From contig CAYGWK010000002.1 in NCBI GenBank assembly GCA_964353785.1, positions 40,293-104,292 on the forward strand: a stretch of DNA of 64,000 nt, given 5' to 3'. Source of the stretch: an uncultured Gammaproteobacteria bacterium (GTDB taxonomy: Bacteria; Patescibacteriota; Microgenomatia; CAYGWK01). A program made the position numbers and the translations under genes. The notes below the pieces were generated by a model. It made no database searches and had not been told where the DNA came from. It saw only the letters and a list, made by a program, of their open reading frames with translations. This document shows positions 50,702 to 59,557 of this stretch, piece after piece (position 1 is the first letter of the stretch; every line of letters starts with the position of its first letter).

Positions 50702-51016
50702 TCAGAATTCTAAACCTCCTTCTTTAGCACCTTCGGCTAAGGCCTTAACTCGACCATGATATTTAAATTTTCCTCGGTCAAAATGGACCTTCTTAATTCC
50801 AATCTTTAAGGCTTTCTCGGCTAAAAGTTTTCCCACAAGTCTGGCTTTCTCCATTTTAAATTTCTCTGTGTTTCTTGTTTTCTTTTGTGTTTCCTGTGTT
50901 GCAAGTTTCTGATCGCTTGCCGAAACCAGAGTCTTGCCCTTTTCATCATCAATGACTTGAGCATAAATATATTTATTTGAACGAAAAACTGAGAGTCTTG
51001 TAAGTTTTCTTTTCAC
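50702..51016 (-). CDS. rplR: 50S ribosomal protein L18
   Basis: [23 protein letters not shown]. Confidence 0.96.
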   Translation of the reverse strand: MKRKLTRLSVFRSNKYIYAQVIDDEKGKTLVSASDQKLATQETQKKTRNTEKFKMEKARLVGKLLAEKALKIGIKKVHFDRGKFKYHGRVKALAEGAKEGGLEF

Positions 51017-51591
51017 TGGTTTTCTCCTTTCGTTGGAACGCCAATTCCCGCAATTCCAACCTTAACTTGCTTTCCAGGTTTAAGTTTTACTGTTTCTCCT
51101 TCGTAGCGAATTCCTTTTCCTTTATAGGAATCTGGGGGTTTAATCCCCCTAATCCTGGCGGCCACCCGTCCAACCAAAGCTTTATCTGCTCCTAAAACTT
51201 GGATTTTTTTCTCCGAGACAGAAAAAGAAATTCCCGGAGGTGGAACAACCTCAATTGGATGAGAAAAACCCAAAGACAAGGAAAGTCTTTCTCCAGAAAG
51301 AGCAGCCCTAAAACCTGTTCCTTCAACCTCTAAGGTTTTTGACCAACCTTCTTTTACTCCTTTAATCATGTTAGCAAGAAGATTGCGAATTGTTCCTTGA
51401 AGGGTTTTGGCCGCTCTTGACTTGGTTTTTTGAGAAACCAAAATTTGATTTCCTCTAATCTCAACTTTTATCTCCGAGGGCAACTTTTGGGAGAGTGAAC
51501 CTTTTGGTCCGCTCGCCTGAACTTCTCCGTCTCTCGCCTCAACGGTTACTTCTTGGAGAATTTCTATTGGTTTTTTTCCGATTTTTGACAC
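51013..51591 (-). CDS. rplF: 50S ribosomal protein L6
   Basis: [15 protein letters not shown]. Confidence 0.97.
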   Translation of the reverse strand: MSKIGKKPIEILQEVTVEARDGEVQASGPKGSLSQKLPSEIKVEIRGNQILVSQKTKSRAAKTLQGTIRNLLANMIKGVKEGWSKTLEVEGTGFRAALSGERLSLSLGFSHPIEVVPPPGISFSVSEKKIQVLGADKALVGRVAARIRGIKPPDSYKGKGIRYEGETVKLKPGKQVKVGIAGIGVPTKGENQ

Positions 51592-51601
51592 AATTTTTCC
51601 T

Positions 51602-51997
51602 TTACCAAACTTTGCAAATAACTTCTCCGCCTAAATTTTTCTTTCTTGCCTCCTTGTCAGTCACGAGTCCCAAGGAGGTAGAGATAATACTTATCCCAAG
51701 TCCCCTCGATAATTCTTTTAACTTTTTGGCTTTAAAATAAACCCTAATCCCGGGCTTTGAAATAATTTTCACTCCCGCCATAGCAGGCTTTTTATTTTTA
51801 TAAGCCAGCTCTATATTTAAGATTTTAAATTTTTTCTCTTTCGGTTTTTCAACTTCTACTTTTGCTAAAAAACCTTCCCGAGCCAAAATTTTTGCCAATT
51901 TTTCTCCTAAACTAAAATAGGGAAGTTCAATAGTCTTTCGTCTTGCCAAATAGGCATTTTTTATTCTTATTAACATATCAGAAACTCTATCGGTCAT
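51602..51997 (-). CDS. rpsH: 30S ribosomal protein S8
   Basis: DMLIRIKNA, SKPG.RVY, GGEV. Confidence 0.97.
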   Translation of the reverse strand: MTDRVSDMLIRIKNAYLARRKTIELPYFSLGEKLAKILAREGFLAKVEVEKPKEKKFKILNIELAYKNKKPAMAGVKIISKPGIRVYFKAKKLKELSRGLGISIISTSLGLVTDKEARKKNLGGEVICKVW

Positions 51998-52003
51998 AGT
52001 TTT

Positions 52004-52195
52004 TTACCAGGAGGCCTTTTTTACCCCTGGCAATTCTCCTTTATGGGCAAGTTCTCTAAAACAAAGTCGACAGAGTCCAAAAAGCCGTAAATAGCCCCTT
52101 GGTCTGCCACAGAGAGCACAGCGGTTTCGAAATCGAATTTCGTATTTTAATTTTTTTAAATTTTTTTGTTTGATTACTTTGGATTTTTTGGCCAT
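52004..52195 (-). CDS. rpsN: 30S ribosomal protein S14 (Zn-binding type)
   Basis: [15 protein letters not shown]. Confidence 0.97.
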   Translation of the reverse strand: MAKKSKVIKQKNLKKLKYEIRFRNRCALCGRPRGYLRLFGLCRLCFRELAHKGELPGVKKASW

Positions 52196-52684
52196 TTACT
52201 CCCCCTTTCTAAATGGTGCACCTAAAGATTCAAGTAAAACTTTCCCCTCTTCATCTGCTTTAGCGTTTGTGACAATTGTTACTTCAAGACCAAATATTTT
52301 TTCAGTTTTTGAAAATTCTGCTTCGGGAAAAACCGAATGCTCCTTTATTCCAATTGTATAATTTCCCCCTCCATCAAAACCTCTTTCAGAAAGCCCGCGA
52401 AAATCTCGAACCCTCGGCAAAACGATAGAAAAAAGTTTTTTTAGAAAATCTGCCATTTTCTTTCCTCGTAAAGTCACCATCAAACCAATTGGTGCCCCTT
52501 TTACAAGTTTAAAACCGGCAATTGATTTTTTGGCCCGACAAACTTTTGGTCGCTGCCCGGTTATTTTTGCCAATTCCTCTGAAACCTTGGTAAGTATCGC
52601 TTCATCGCGAGGGGCCTCTTTTATCCCCACGTTAACAACTACTTTTAAAACTCTAGGCTTTGTCAAAATATTTTCTTTCTCCAT
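52196..52684 (-). CDS. rplE: 50S ribosomal protein L5
   Basis: ITGQRP, LPRVRDFRG. Confidence 0.96.
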   Translation of the reverse strand: MEKENILTKPRVLKVVVNVGIKEAPRDEAILTKVSEELAKITGQRPKVCRAKKSIAGFKLVKGAPIGLMVTLRGKKMADFLKKLFSIVLPRVRDFRGLSERGFDGGGNYTIGIKEHSVFPEAEFSKTEKIFGLEVTIVTNAKADEEGKVLLESLGAPFRKGE

Positions 52685-52686
52685 TT

Positions 52687-52992
52687 TTAAATCACCTCTT
52701 GGCATTTTTTGCAAATCCTTACCTTTCCGTCTTTTAAAATCTTAAATCCAACTTTAGCTGGTTTTCCACATTTTGGGCAAATTAAAACTACCGATGAAGA
52801 GGATATTGGAACAACAATATCGACTATTCCTCCAGCCTGACCTCCTTTTTGAGCCCGGGCGTGCTTTTTATAAATATTTATCCCAGAAACCAAAATTTTT
52901 CCTTTTTTGAGAAAAATCTTTTCAATAGTTCCCTGCCTATCTTTATCTTTTCCTGTAGTAATTTTTACCTTATCGCCTTTTTTCAATCTCAT
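52687..52992 (-). CDS. rplX: 50S ribosomal protein L24
   Basis: KKGDKV..GKDK. Confidence 0.96.
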   Translation of the reverse strand: MRLKKGDKVKITTGKDKDRQGTIEKIFLKKGKILVSGINIYKKHARAQKGGQAGGIVDIVVPISSSSVVLICPKCGKPAKVGFKILKDGKVRICKKCQEVI

Positions 52993-53345
52993 ACCAACTC
53001 CTCTGCCAAAGAGGCAATTTTTGAAAATCCTTTTTCTTTGACTTCCCTGGCTACTGGTCCAAAAATTCTTGAACCCAGCGGATTTCTATCTTTATCAACT
53101 AAAACCGCGGCGTTATCATCAAAACGGACATAGGAACCATCTAATCTTTTGAATTCTTTTTTGGTTCTGACAATTAGGGCTTTGACAATTTGTGAGTCGG
53201 AAACTACTCCACTTGGGTTAGACTCGTCAACCACGCAAGTGACCACATCGCCAATTTTGGCAAATCGCCTTTTAGTCTGAATTACCCGAAATCTTTTTGC
53301 TCCGGTGTTATCGGCAGGAACTAAAATTGAGTGTAATTGAATCAT
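52989..53345 (-). CDS. rplN: 50S ribosomal protein L14
   Basis: ADNTGA, FDDNAAV, IFGPVARE. Confidence 0.97.
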   Translation of the reverse strand: MIQLHSILVPADNTGAKRFRVIQTKRRFAKIGDVVTCVVDESNPSGVVSDSQIVKALIVRTKKEFKRLDGSYVRFDDNAAVLVDKDRNPLGSRIFGPVAREVKEKGFSKIASLAEELV

Positions 53346-53572
53346 TTTTTAATCACCTCTACTGTCCTCCACCTCTTAGTTTTTGAGAAAGGCCTGCTTT
53401 CCACAAATTTAACCTCATCCCCCACTTTTACCCCCAATAGATCTTCAACATGGTATTTTTTGGCAAATTTTACTCTTTTTCTGTAAAGAGGATGAATTTT
53501 TTGCCTTAAAACCAAAACAGTGGCTGTTTTTGCCATTTTGGCGGAAACAACTTTACCTTTGAATTCTTTCAT
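53342..53572 (-). CDS. rpsQ: 30S ribosomal protein S17
   Basis: G.VVS.KM.KT, HPLY, RP.SKTKRW. Confidence 0.97.
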   Translation of the reverse strand: MKEFKGKVVSAKMAKTATVLVLRQKIHPLYRKRVKFAKKYHVEDLLGVKVGDEVKFVESRPFSKTKRWRTVEVIKK

Positions 53573-53813
53573 TTTTTTTACCCGCTGTAGCTTTAGCGAT
53601 GGCGGGCTCTCCTTTTAAAATTTCTTTTTCTTTAATTATGGTTAAAATTTGGGCTATCTCATCTCTTTTTCGGGCCAGAGCTTTAACATTTTTAGTTTTT
53701 CCGCTCGCCAAGTCTGTTCTTAACTTGACTAAAGAGAGCCTTTCCTCCCCAAGTATTTTTTCTAACTCCTCTTTGGTCTTCTCGTGTAATGCTTTTATCT
53801 CTTTTCTTTTCAT
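53553..53813 (-). CDS. rpmC: 50S ribosomal protein L29 with insertion-derived C-terminal extension
   Basis: Position between rplP and rpsQ; IAQILT. Confidence 0.9.
   Translation of the reverse strand: MKRKEIKALHEKTKEELEKILGEERLSLVKLRTDLASGKTKNVKALARKRDEIAQILTIIKEKEILKGEPAIAKATAGKKNERIQR
53581..53606. repeat. 26-nt REP-like hairpin insertion
   Basis: CCCGCCATCGCTAAAGCTACAGCGGG imperfect palindrome. Confidence 0.75.
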
Positions 53814-53815
53814 AA

Positions 53816-54229
53816 TCATAGATTTTTGCTGACAAAACGAGTTTTCAGAGGAAGTTTGTCAGCCGCTCTACCTAGGGCTCTTTTTGCTTCCCCAAAGGGA
53901 ATACCGGAAACTTCAAAAATTATCCTTCCGGCCGAAACTGGAATGACAAAGCCGACAACCTCCCCTTTGCCTGAACCCATCCCCATTCCGGCGGGCTTTT
54001 TGGTAATTGGCTTGTCGGGAAAAACTCGAATCCAAATCTTTCCCCCTTTGCGAGTGAAAAAAGAAATGGCCCGGCGGGATGCCTCAATCTGCTTCTCGCT
54101 AAGTATTCCTCTTGAAACCGCCTTTAGACCAAATTCACCAAAGGCAATTTCCGAGCCTTTTTGGGCTAAGGATAAAAGTTTCCTTCTTCGAAATTGTTTT
54201 TTATATTTTTGTTTTTTTGGTTGAAGCAT
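53816..54229 (-). CDS. rplP: 50S ribosomal protein L16
   Basis: MLQPK, IWIRVFPD, MGSGKG. Confidence 0.97.
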   Translation of the reverse strand: MLQPKKQKYKKQFRRRKLLSLAQKGSEIAFGEFGLKAVSRGILSEKQIEASRRAISFFTRKGGKIWIRVFPDKPITKKPAGMGMGSGKGEVVGFVIPVSAGRIIFEVSGIPFGEAKRALGRAADKLPLKTRFVSKNL

Positions 54230-54864
54230 TACTCTCCTTTATATATCCAAACCTTAACCCCAATATATCCAGACCGGGTCAAGGCGGCGGTTTTGGCAAA
54301 ATCAATATCTGCCCTAATCGTTGATAAAGGAAGTTTTCCCTTAACGAATCTTTCTCGGCGGGAAATCTCTGCTCCAGCTATTCGGCCAGAAAGAACAATT
54401 TTTATCCCTTTTGCCCCAGCACTCATCACTCTTTCGATTGTCTTCCTAATCACCCTTCGGTGGGGAAAACGTCTTTCAAGTTCGCTGGCAATCCGGGTGG
54501 CAACCAAAATAGCGGAAAGTTCAGGGTCAGAAACCTCAACTACTTCAATCTGAACATTTTTTTCAGGTTCAGGTAAAGAAACGAGGGGGATTATCATTTT
54601 TTTCAACTCCTCAAGCCCCGAACCTCCCCGACCAATAACTACCCCGGGCCTTGAAACATGAATGGTAATTTTCATTTTATGGATTAACCGATCAATGTTC
54701 ACCCCGACTATTCCGGCTAATTTTAACTTTTCAAATAAAAACTTCCGGATATGCAAGTCCTCAAGCAAATTTTTAGGATACTCTCTTTTGCCGGCAAACC
54801 AAGTTGACTGCCAGGATTTTTTTGTTCCGAGCCTGAAACCAATTGGATTAACCTTTTGCCCCAT
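54229..54864 (-). CDS. rpsC: 30S ribosomal protein S3
   Basis: MGQKVNPIGFRLG, GVKVWI. Confidence 0.97.
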   Translation of the reverse strand: MGQKVNPIGFRLGTKKSWQSTWFAGKREYPKNLLEDLHIRKFLFEKLKLAGIVGVNIDRLIHKMKITIHVSRPGVVIGRGGSGLEELKKMIIPLVSLPEPEKNVQIEVVEVSDPELSAILVATRIASELERRFPHRRVIRKTIERVMSAGAKGIKIVLSGRIAGAEISRRERFVKGKLPLSTIRADIDFAKTAALTRSGYIGVKVWIYKGE

Positions 54865-55216
54865 TTTTTTTACCTTTCTCCACTTTTTCCGGTGCTTCCA
54901 AAACAATCATAATATGACTGGTTCTTTTTTTAATTGGGTGAGCCTGGCCCCTTGAGACTGGTTGCCATCTTTTATATATCGACCCTTCGTTAATTTGGAT
55001 TTCTTTAATTTTTAAATCCTCCTCGGCAAGATTAAAATTGTTTTTGGCGTTTGATATTGCCTGTTTTAAAGTCTCCTTAAGAACTTTCCCTTTTTTCCCT
55101 GCTTGAGAAAGAAAAATAAGGGCCAATTTTGCTTTTTGGCCACAAATTTTTTCTGCGACGAGGCGCAGTTTTTGCGGGCTTGCTCTAACAAAACTTGAGC
55201 GAGCGATAATTTCCAT
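54848..55216 (-). CDS. rplV: 50S ribosomal protein L22
   Basis: SPQKLRLV, KRTSHI. Confidence 0.96.
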   Translation of the reverse strand: MEIIARSSFVRASPQKLRLVAEKICGQKAKLALIFLSQAGKKGKVLKETLKQAISNAKNNFNLAEEDLKIKEIQINEGSIYKRWQPVSRGQAHPIKKRTSHIMIVLEAPEKVEKGKKNGAKG

Positions 55217-55501
55217 TTAAGTTTTCTCCAAAATTCTCTTAACAACTTGACCGTGGCCTCGAAAAGTTCGGGTTGGAGCAAATTCACCAAGTCTGTGTCC
55301 AACCATCGCTTCGGTCACAAAAATTTCTTTAAAATCTCGACCGGTATGAACCAAAAATTTCTGGCCAACAAACTCGGGTGGAATTTGGCTCGCCCTTGCC
55401 CAGGTTTTAATTGGCTCTCTCAAATCTTTGGTTTTTTGAGCCTGAACTTTTTTTAGTAATTTAGGGTCTACGTATGGACCTTTTTTAGATGAACGAGACA
55501 T
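55217..55501 (-). CDS. rpsS: 30S ribosomal protein S19
   Basis: [16 protein letters not shown]. Confidence 0.97.
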   Translation of the reverse strand: MSRSSKKGPYVDPKLLKKVQAQKTKDLREPIKTWARASQIPPEFVGQKFLVHTGRDFKEIFVTEAMVGHRLGEFAPTRTFRGHGQVVKRILEKT

Positions 55502-55508
55502 ATTATGC

Positions 55509-56270
55509 TTATTTCCTCCGATTAATAATCAATTTATCGCTATATTTTTTCTTCTTTCTAGTTCTCTTTCCCAGGGTTGGTTTTCCCCAGGGAGATTTAG
55601 GGCCAGGCATACCAATTCCAGACCGACCTTCTCCGCCTCCATGAGGATGGGAGTGCGGATTTTGAGCTGTTCCTCGAACTGTTGGTTTTATTCCCATATG
55701 TCTTTTTCTGCCGGCTTTGCCAAGTTTTCTGATCTTCCAGGAAAGACCGCTAACCTGACCAATGGTGGCGAAACATAAGAGGGGAATTTTTCTTGTCTCT
55801 CCAGAAGGAAGTTTAACCACGGCAAATTCTTCCTCTTTAGCCAAGATGGTGGCGAAGCTGCCCGCAGACCTTATAATCTGCCCACCTTTCCCCGGAGTAA
55901 GCTCAAAATTGTGAATTGGAGTTCCAATAGGAATTTTTGCCAAAGGCAGGTGATTACCAATTTTTACTTCAACCTCGCTACCTGAGACTACCTCATCCCC
56001 AACTTTTAGTCCTTCGGGAGCCAGAATGTAGCGTTTTTCTCCATCTTGATAGTTTAAAAGAGCCAAATTAGCGCTTCTATTTGGGTCATATTCAAAGGCC
56101 AAAACCTGGGCTGGCACTCCAATTTTTTCTCTCTTAAAGTCCACCTCACGCATGTATCTTTTTTCCCTGCCGGCTTGATGACGAACTGCTAGCTTTCCAG
56201 CTGAAGCCCTGCCGGCCTTCTTTTTAAGAATTCTAATTAAAGATTTTTCAGGTTCAGTTTTAGTTATCAT
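55509..56270 (-). CDS. rplB: 50S ribosomal protein L2 (N-terminally short)
   Basis: [16 protein letters not shown]. Confidence 0.97.
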   Translation of the reverse strand: MITKTEPEKSLIRILKKKAGRASAGKLAVRHQAGREKRYMREVDFKREKIGVPAQVLAFEYDPNRSANLALLNYQDGEKRYILAPEGLKVGDEVVSGSEVEVKIGNHLPLAKIPIGTPIHNFELTPGKGGQIIRSAGSFATILAKEEEFAVVKLPSGETRKIPLLCFATIGQVSGLSWKIRKLGKAGRKRHMGIKPTVRGTAQNPHSHPHGGGEGRSGIGMPGPKSPWGKPTLGKRTRKKKKYSDKLIINRRK

Positions 56271-56575
56271 TTCTTTTCTTCCTTCTTGCCGGTTTCAAAA
56301 ATATCAATTTTTTGCCCTTCAGCGACTCTGACAATGGCTTTTTTAAAATCAGCCAACCGATATCTTTTCCTGGTTCGCATAGCGCGCCTGGTTTTTCCTT
56401 TAACAATTGCTGTTCTGACTTTTTCTACCTTAACCCCAAAAACTTCTTCAACTACCTTGGCAATTTCTCTCTTCCTGGCTTTTTTATCTACCATAAAGGT
56501 GTATTCCCGAAAACCCGAAGCTTCAAGTGACTTTTCCGAGATTATTGGTTTTTTTAAAATTAATCCTTGGTCCAT
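56267..56575 (-). CDS. rplW: 50S ribosomal protein L23
   Basis: PIISEKS, KKAIV. Confidence 0.95.
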   Translation of the reverse strand: MDQGLILKKPIISEKSLEASGFREYTFMVDKKARKREIAKVVEEVFGVKVEKVRTAIVKGKTRRAMRTRKRYRLADFKKAIVRVAEGQKIDIFETGKKEEKK

Positions 56576-57195
56576 TTTTCCTCCAAAGCTTTAAGTGTCT
56601 CTCTCGATATTAAAATTTTTCTGGCTTTTAAGACCTCATAAGTGTTTAAAGATTGCGCTTGAATCATCTTCAAAAAAGAAATATTTCTAATCGCTTGGTT
56701 TACATTTTCAGTTTTTTCAGAGAGAACAAGTAAAATATTCTTTTTTTTATCAGGAACAATTTTCTCAAGCATTGAAACCACCTCTTTTGTTTTTTTTGCT
56801 TTCTCCAGTCCTTCAACCACAATTATTTCTTTATCGTGCGCTTTGGCGGATAAAGCAGACAAAAGAGCAGTTCGACGCATTTTCTCAGGCATTACCTTTT
56901 TATAATTCTCTCTTCCAGTTGGCCCATGAGCCCGGCCACCGCCAACAAAAATTGGAGCAGACCGCGCCCCATGGCGAGCCCGACCCGTTCCTTTTTGGCG
57001 GTACCACTTGGCTTTGGTTCGCTTGACCTCGCTTCTGGTTTTAGTTTTTGCTCGGGCTTCTCTTTGATTTGAAAGAAAAACTCGCACCGCTTGGGCCATA
57101 AGAGCCGGGTTTGGTTTTGCCCCAAAAATCTTTGCGGGCAGGGAAATTTTTGGTTTTTTTGTTCCTGATAAACTGATTACCTCTGCATAAATCAT
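56560..57195 (-). CDS. rplD: 50S ribosomal protein L4
   Basis: [18 protein letters not shown]. Confidence 0.97.
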   Translation of the reverse strand: MIYAEVISLSGTKKPKISLPAKIFGAKPNPALMAQAVRVFLSNQREARAKTKTRSEVKRTKAKWYRQKGTGRARHGARSAPIFVGGGRAHGPTGRENYKKVMPEKMRRTALLSALSAKAHDKEIIVVEGLEKAKKTKEVVSMLEKIVPDKKKNILLVLSEKTENVNQAIRNISFLKMIQAQSLNTYEVLKARKILISRETLKALEEKWTKD

Positions 57196-57824
57196 GTTTG
57201 TTCGCCAACCTTTTTAATAATTAGAAGTCCCTTTTTTGCTCCAGGGACTAAACCTTTAACTAAAAGTAAATTCTTCTCCGGGTCAATTTCAAATACGCTC
57301 AAGTTTTTAATTGTCACTCTCTCTTGTCCCATTCTTCCCGCCATTTTCTTCCCTTTTAAAACCCTTCCTGGGGTGGTGGTTGAACCAATTGAACCTGGGG
57401 CTCTTTCTCTGTCTGATTGACCATGAGTTCGCGGCCCGCCAGCAAAACCCCATCTTTTAACCACGCCAGCAAAACCTTTTCCTTTTGAGATTCCAGTGAC
57501 GTCAACAGTGTCTCCAGGTTTTAAAACATCCCCAACCTTTATTTCGTCTCCAACTTTCAGATTAGCATTGATTTCTTCCTGATTAGCGGAGACTTCTCGT
57601 AAAAAGCGGGGAATAACTTTTAACCCCGCTTTTTTGATATGTCCCAAAATTGGTTTTAAGGTTTTCTTTTCTTTTCTTTCGCCAAATCCAAGCTGAACCG
57701 CCCCAGGTTTAACCTCAACCACGAAACAGGGACCAGCCTGAATTTCCGTTACCGGAATCCGCTGGCCGTCGCTTAAAAATTTTTGCGTCTGTCCTAATTT
57801 TATTCCTAAAATTGAATTAATCAT
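57192..57824 (-). CDS. rplC: 50S ribosomal protein L3
   Basis: KGKGFAG, THGQS, MAGRMG. Confidence 0.97.
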   Translation of the reverse strand: MINSILGIKLGQTQKFLSDGQRIPVTEIQAGPCFVVEVKPGAVQLGFGERKEKKTLKPILGHIKKAGLKVIPRFLREVSANQEEINANLKVGDEIKVGDVLKPGDTVDVTGISKGKGFAGVVKRWGFAGGPRTHGQSDRERAPGSIGSTTTPGRVLKGKKMAGRMGQERVTIKNLSVFEIDPEKNLLLVKGLVPGAKKGLLIIKKVGEQT

Positions 57825-57966
57825 TTCTCTGTTTCAGGCACCAAAAAAGGTGCCGCTGGCACCCTCTCAAAAACTTGTGCCAAGCCGAAAAATTACTCTT
57901 TAATCGGGTGAAATCACCTCCATTTCGATTTGGAAATATTATACAAAAAGAAGCAATAAAATGCAA
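57825..57966 (-). promoter_or_regulatory. rplC promoter and structured 5' leader
   Basis: TTGCAT-17-TATAAT followed by three hairpins. Confidence 0.55.
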
Positions 57967-57977
57967 ATCAGGCTGAT

Positions 57978-58286
57978 TTACATCTTAATTTCAATATCAA
58001 CCCCGGCTGGAAGATCTAAATGTTGAAGGGAGTCAATGGTTTTTTCCGTGGGCTCTAAAATATCAATTAAGCGCTTGTGGGTTAGAATTTCAAAATGTTC
58101 TCGGGCGTCTTTGTCAGTATGAGGTGAGGTAGTAACAGCAATTAATTTTCTATCAGTAGGAAGGGGAATTGGGCCGGAGATTTTTGCGCCGGAGGAAAGG
58201 GCCGCCTCCAAAATTTTGGTAGCAGCCTCATCTATAACCCTGTGGTCGTAAGATTTTAAACGTACCCTAATGCGCCCCTTTGGCAT
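57978..58286 (-). CDS. rpsJ: 30S ribosomal protein S10
   Basis: [20 protein letters not shown]. Confidence 0.98.
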   Translation of the reverse strand: MPKGRIRVRLKSYDHRVIDEAATKILEAALSSGAKISGPIPLPTDRKLIAVTTSPHTDKDAREHFEILTHKRLIDILEPTEKTIDSLQHLDLPAGVDIEIKM

Positions 58287-58288
58287 TT

Positions 58289-59488
58289 TTAAGCTACAAT
58301 CTTTGAGATTACTCCAGCTCCAACCGTGTGTCCGCCTTCTCGGATGGCAAACCGTAGACCTTCTTCCATGGCTACTGGCTGAATAAGTTTAATTTTCATC
58401 TTGGCATTGTCTCCAGGCATAACCATTTCAACTCCTGAGGGCAGAGTGGTCTCTCCAGTCACATCGGTGGTTCTGATATAAAACTGGGGTCGGTACCCTG
58501 TGAAAAAAGGTGTATGTCTTCCCCCTTCCTCTTTGGTTAAAATGTAAACTTCGGCTTCAAATTCGGTATGGGGAGTGATTGTCCCCGGTTTTGCCAAAAC
58601 CTGACCCCGTTCAACATCCTCTTTTTCAATTCCCCGGAGAAGTATCCCAATATTGTCTCCAGCCTGACCCTCATCCAAAGATTTTCTAAACATCTCTATT
58701 CCGGTAACAACTGTTTTCTTTGTCGGTTTTATTCCCACAATCTCAATTTCATCATTTAACTTTACTTTTCCTCTCTCAACCCTTCCGGTCACGACCGTCC
58801 CCCGGCCTTTAATTGAAAAAACATCCTCAATCGGCATCAAAAATGGTTTATCCAAATCACGAGTTGGCGTTGGAATATTTTCATCAACTGCCTTCATCAA
58901 TTCCAAAATGGCTTTTTCTGCTTCGGGGTCTTTCTCGAGGGCTTTTAAGGCTGAACCTCGAATAATGGGAACTTTGTCGCCTGGAAATTGATATTTAGTC
59001 AAAAGTTCGCGAATTTCCATCTCAACTAAATCCAAAAGTTCTGGATCATCAACCATATCAACCTTATTTAAGAAAACCACAATCGCCGGAACGTTCACCT
59101 GGCGAGCCAAGAGAATGTGTTCTCGGGTTTGGGGCATTGGTCCGTCAGGAGCAGAAACCACCAAAATGGCTCCATCCATCTGGGCCGCTCCGGTAATCAT
59201 GTTTTTGACAAAATCTGCGTGCCCTGGACAGTCGATGTGGGCATAATGGCGCTTATCTGTTTCATATTCGGAGTGGTGGATATTGATAGTTACCCCTCGC
59301 TCTTTTTCTTCTGGAGCATTATCAATATCGTAGAAATCCAGGGCTTTGGTTTTGTTTCCGGACTGCTTTGCCAGAACATGGGTGATAGCCGCAGTTAGGG
59401 TTGTTTTTCCGTGGTCGACGTGACCAATTGTCCCGATGTTTAGATGGGGCTTGGTTCTTTCAAATTTTTGTTTTTTTTCTTCTGGCAT
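58289..59488 (-). CDS. tuf: Elongation factor Tu
   Basis: [16 protein letters not shown]. Confidence 0.99.
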   Translation of the reverse strand: MPEEKKQKFERTKPHLNIGTIGHVDHGKTTLTAAITHVLAKQSGNKTKALDFYDIDNAPEEKERGVTINIHHSEYETDKRHYAHIDCPGHADFVKNMITGAAQMDGAILVVSAPDGPMPQTREHILLARQVNVPAIVVFLNKVDMVDDPELLDLVEMEIRELLTKYQFPGDKVPIIRGSALKALEKDPEAEKAILELMKAVDENIPTPTRDLDKPFLMPIEDVFSIKGRGTVVTGRVERGKVKLNDEIEIVGIKPTKKTVVTGIEMFRKSLDEGQAGDNIGILLRGIEKEDVERGQVLAKPGTITPHTEFEAEVYILTKEEGGRHTPFFTGYRPQFYIRTTDVTGETTLPSGVEMVMPGDNAKMKIKLIQPVAMEEGLRFAIREGGHTVGAGVISKIVA

Positions 59489-59557
59489 ATTTTTGACTTA
59501 AAAAAGAGGTCTAAACCTCAATTCTTTTTTGTATTTTACAGATTTATTTTACTCCTG

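Noticed and set aside
51813-51834. Heptamer-like AT tract in rpsH (KKFKILNI)
   Set aside because: Short, AT-rich and plausible as normal S8 sequence
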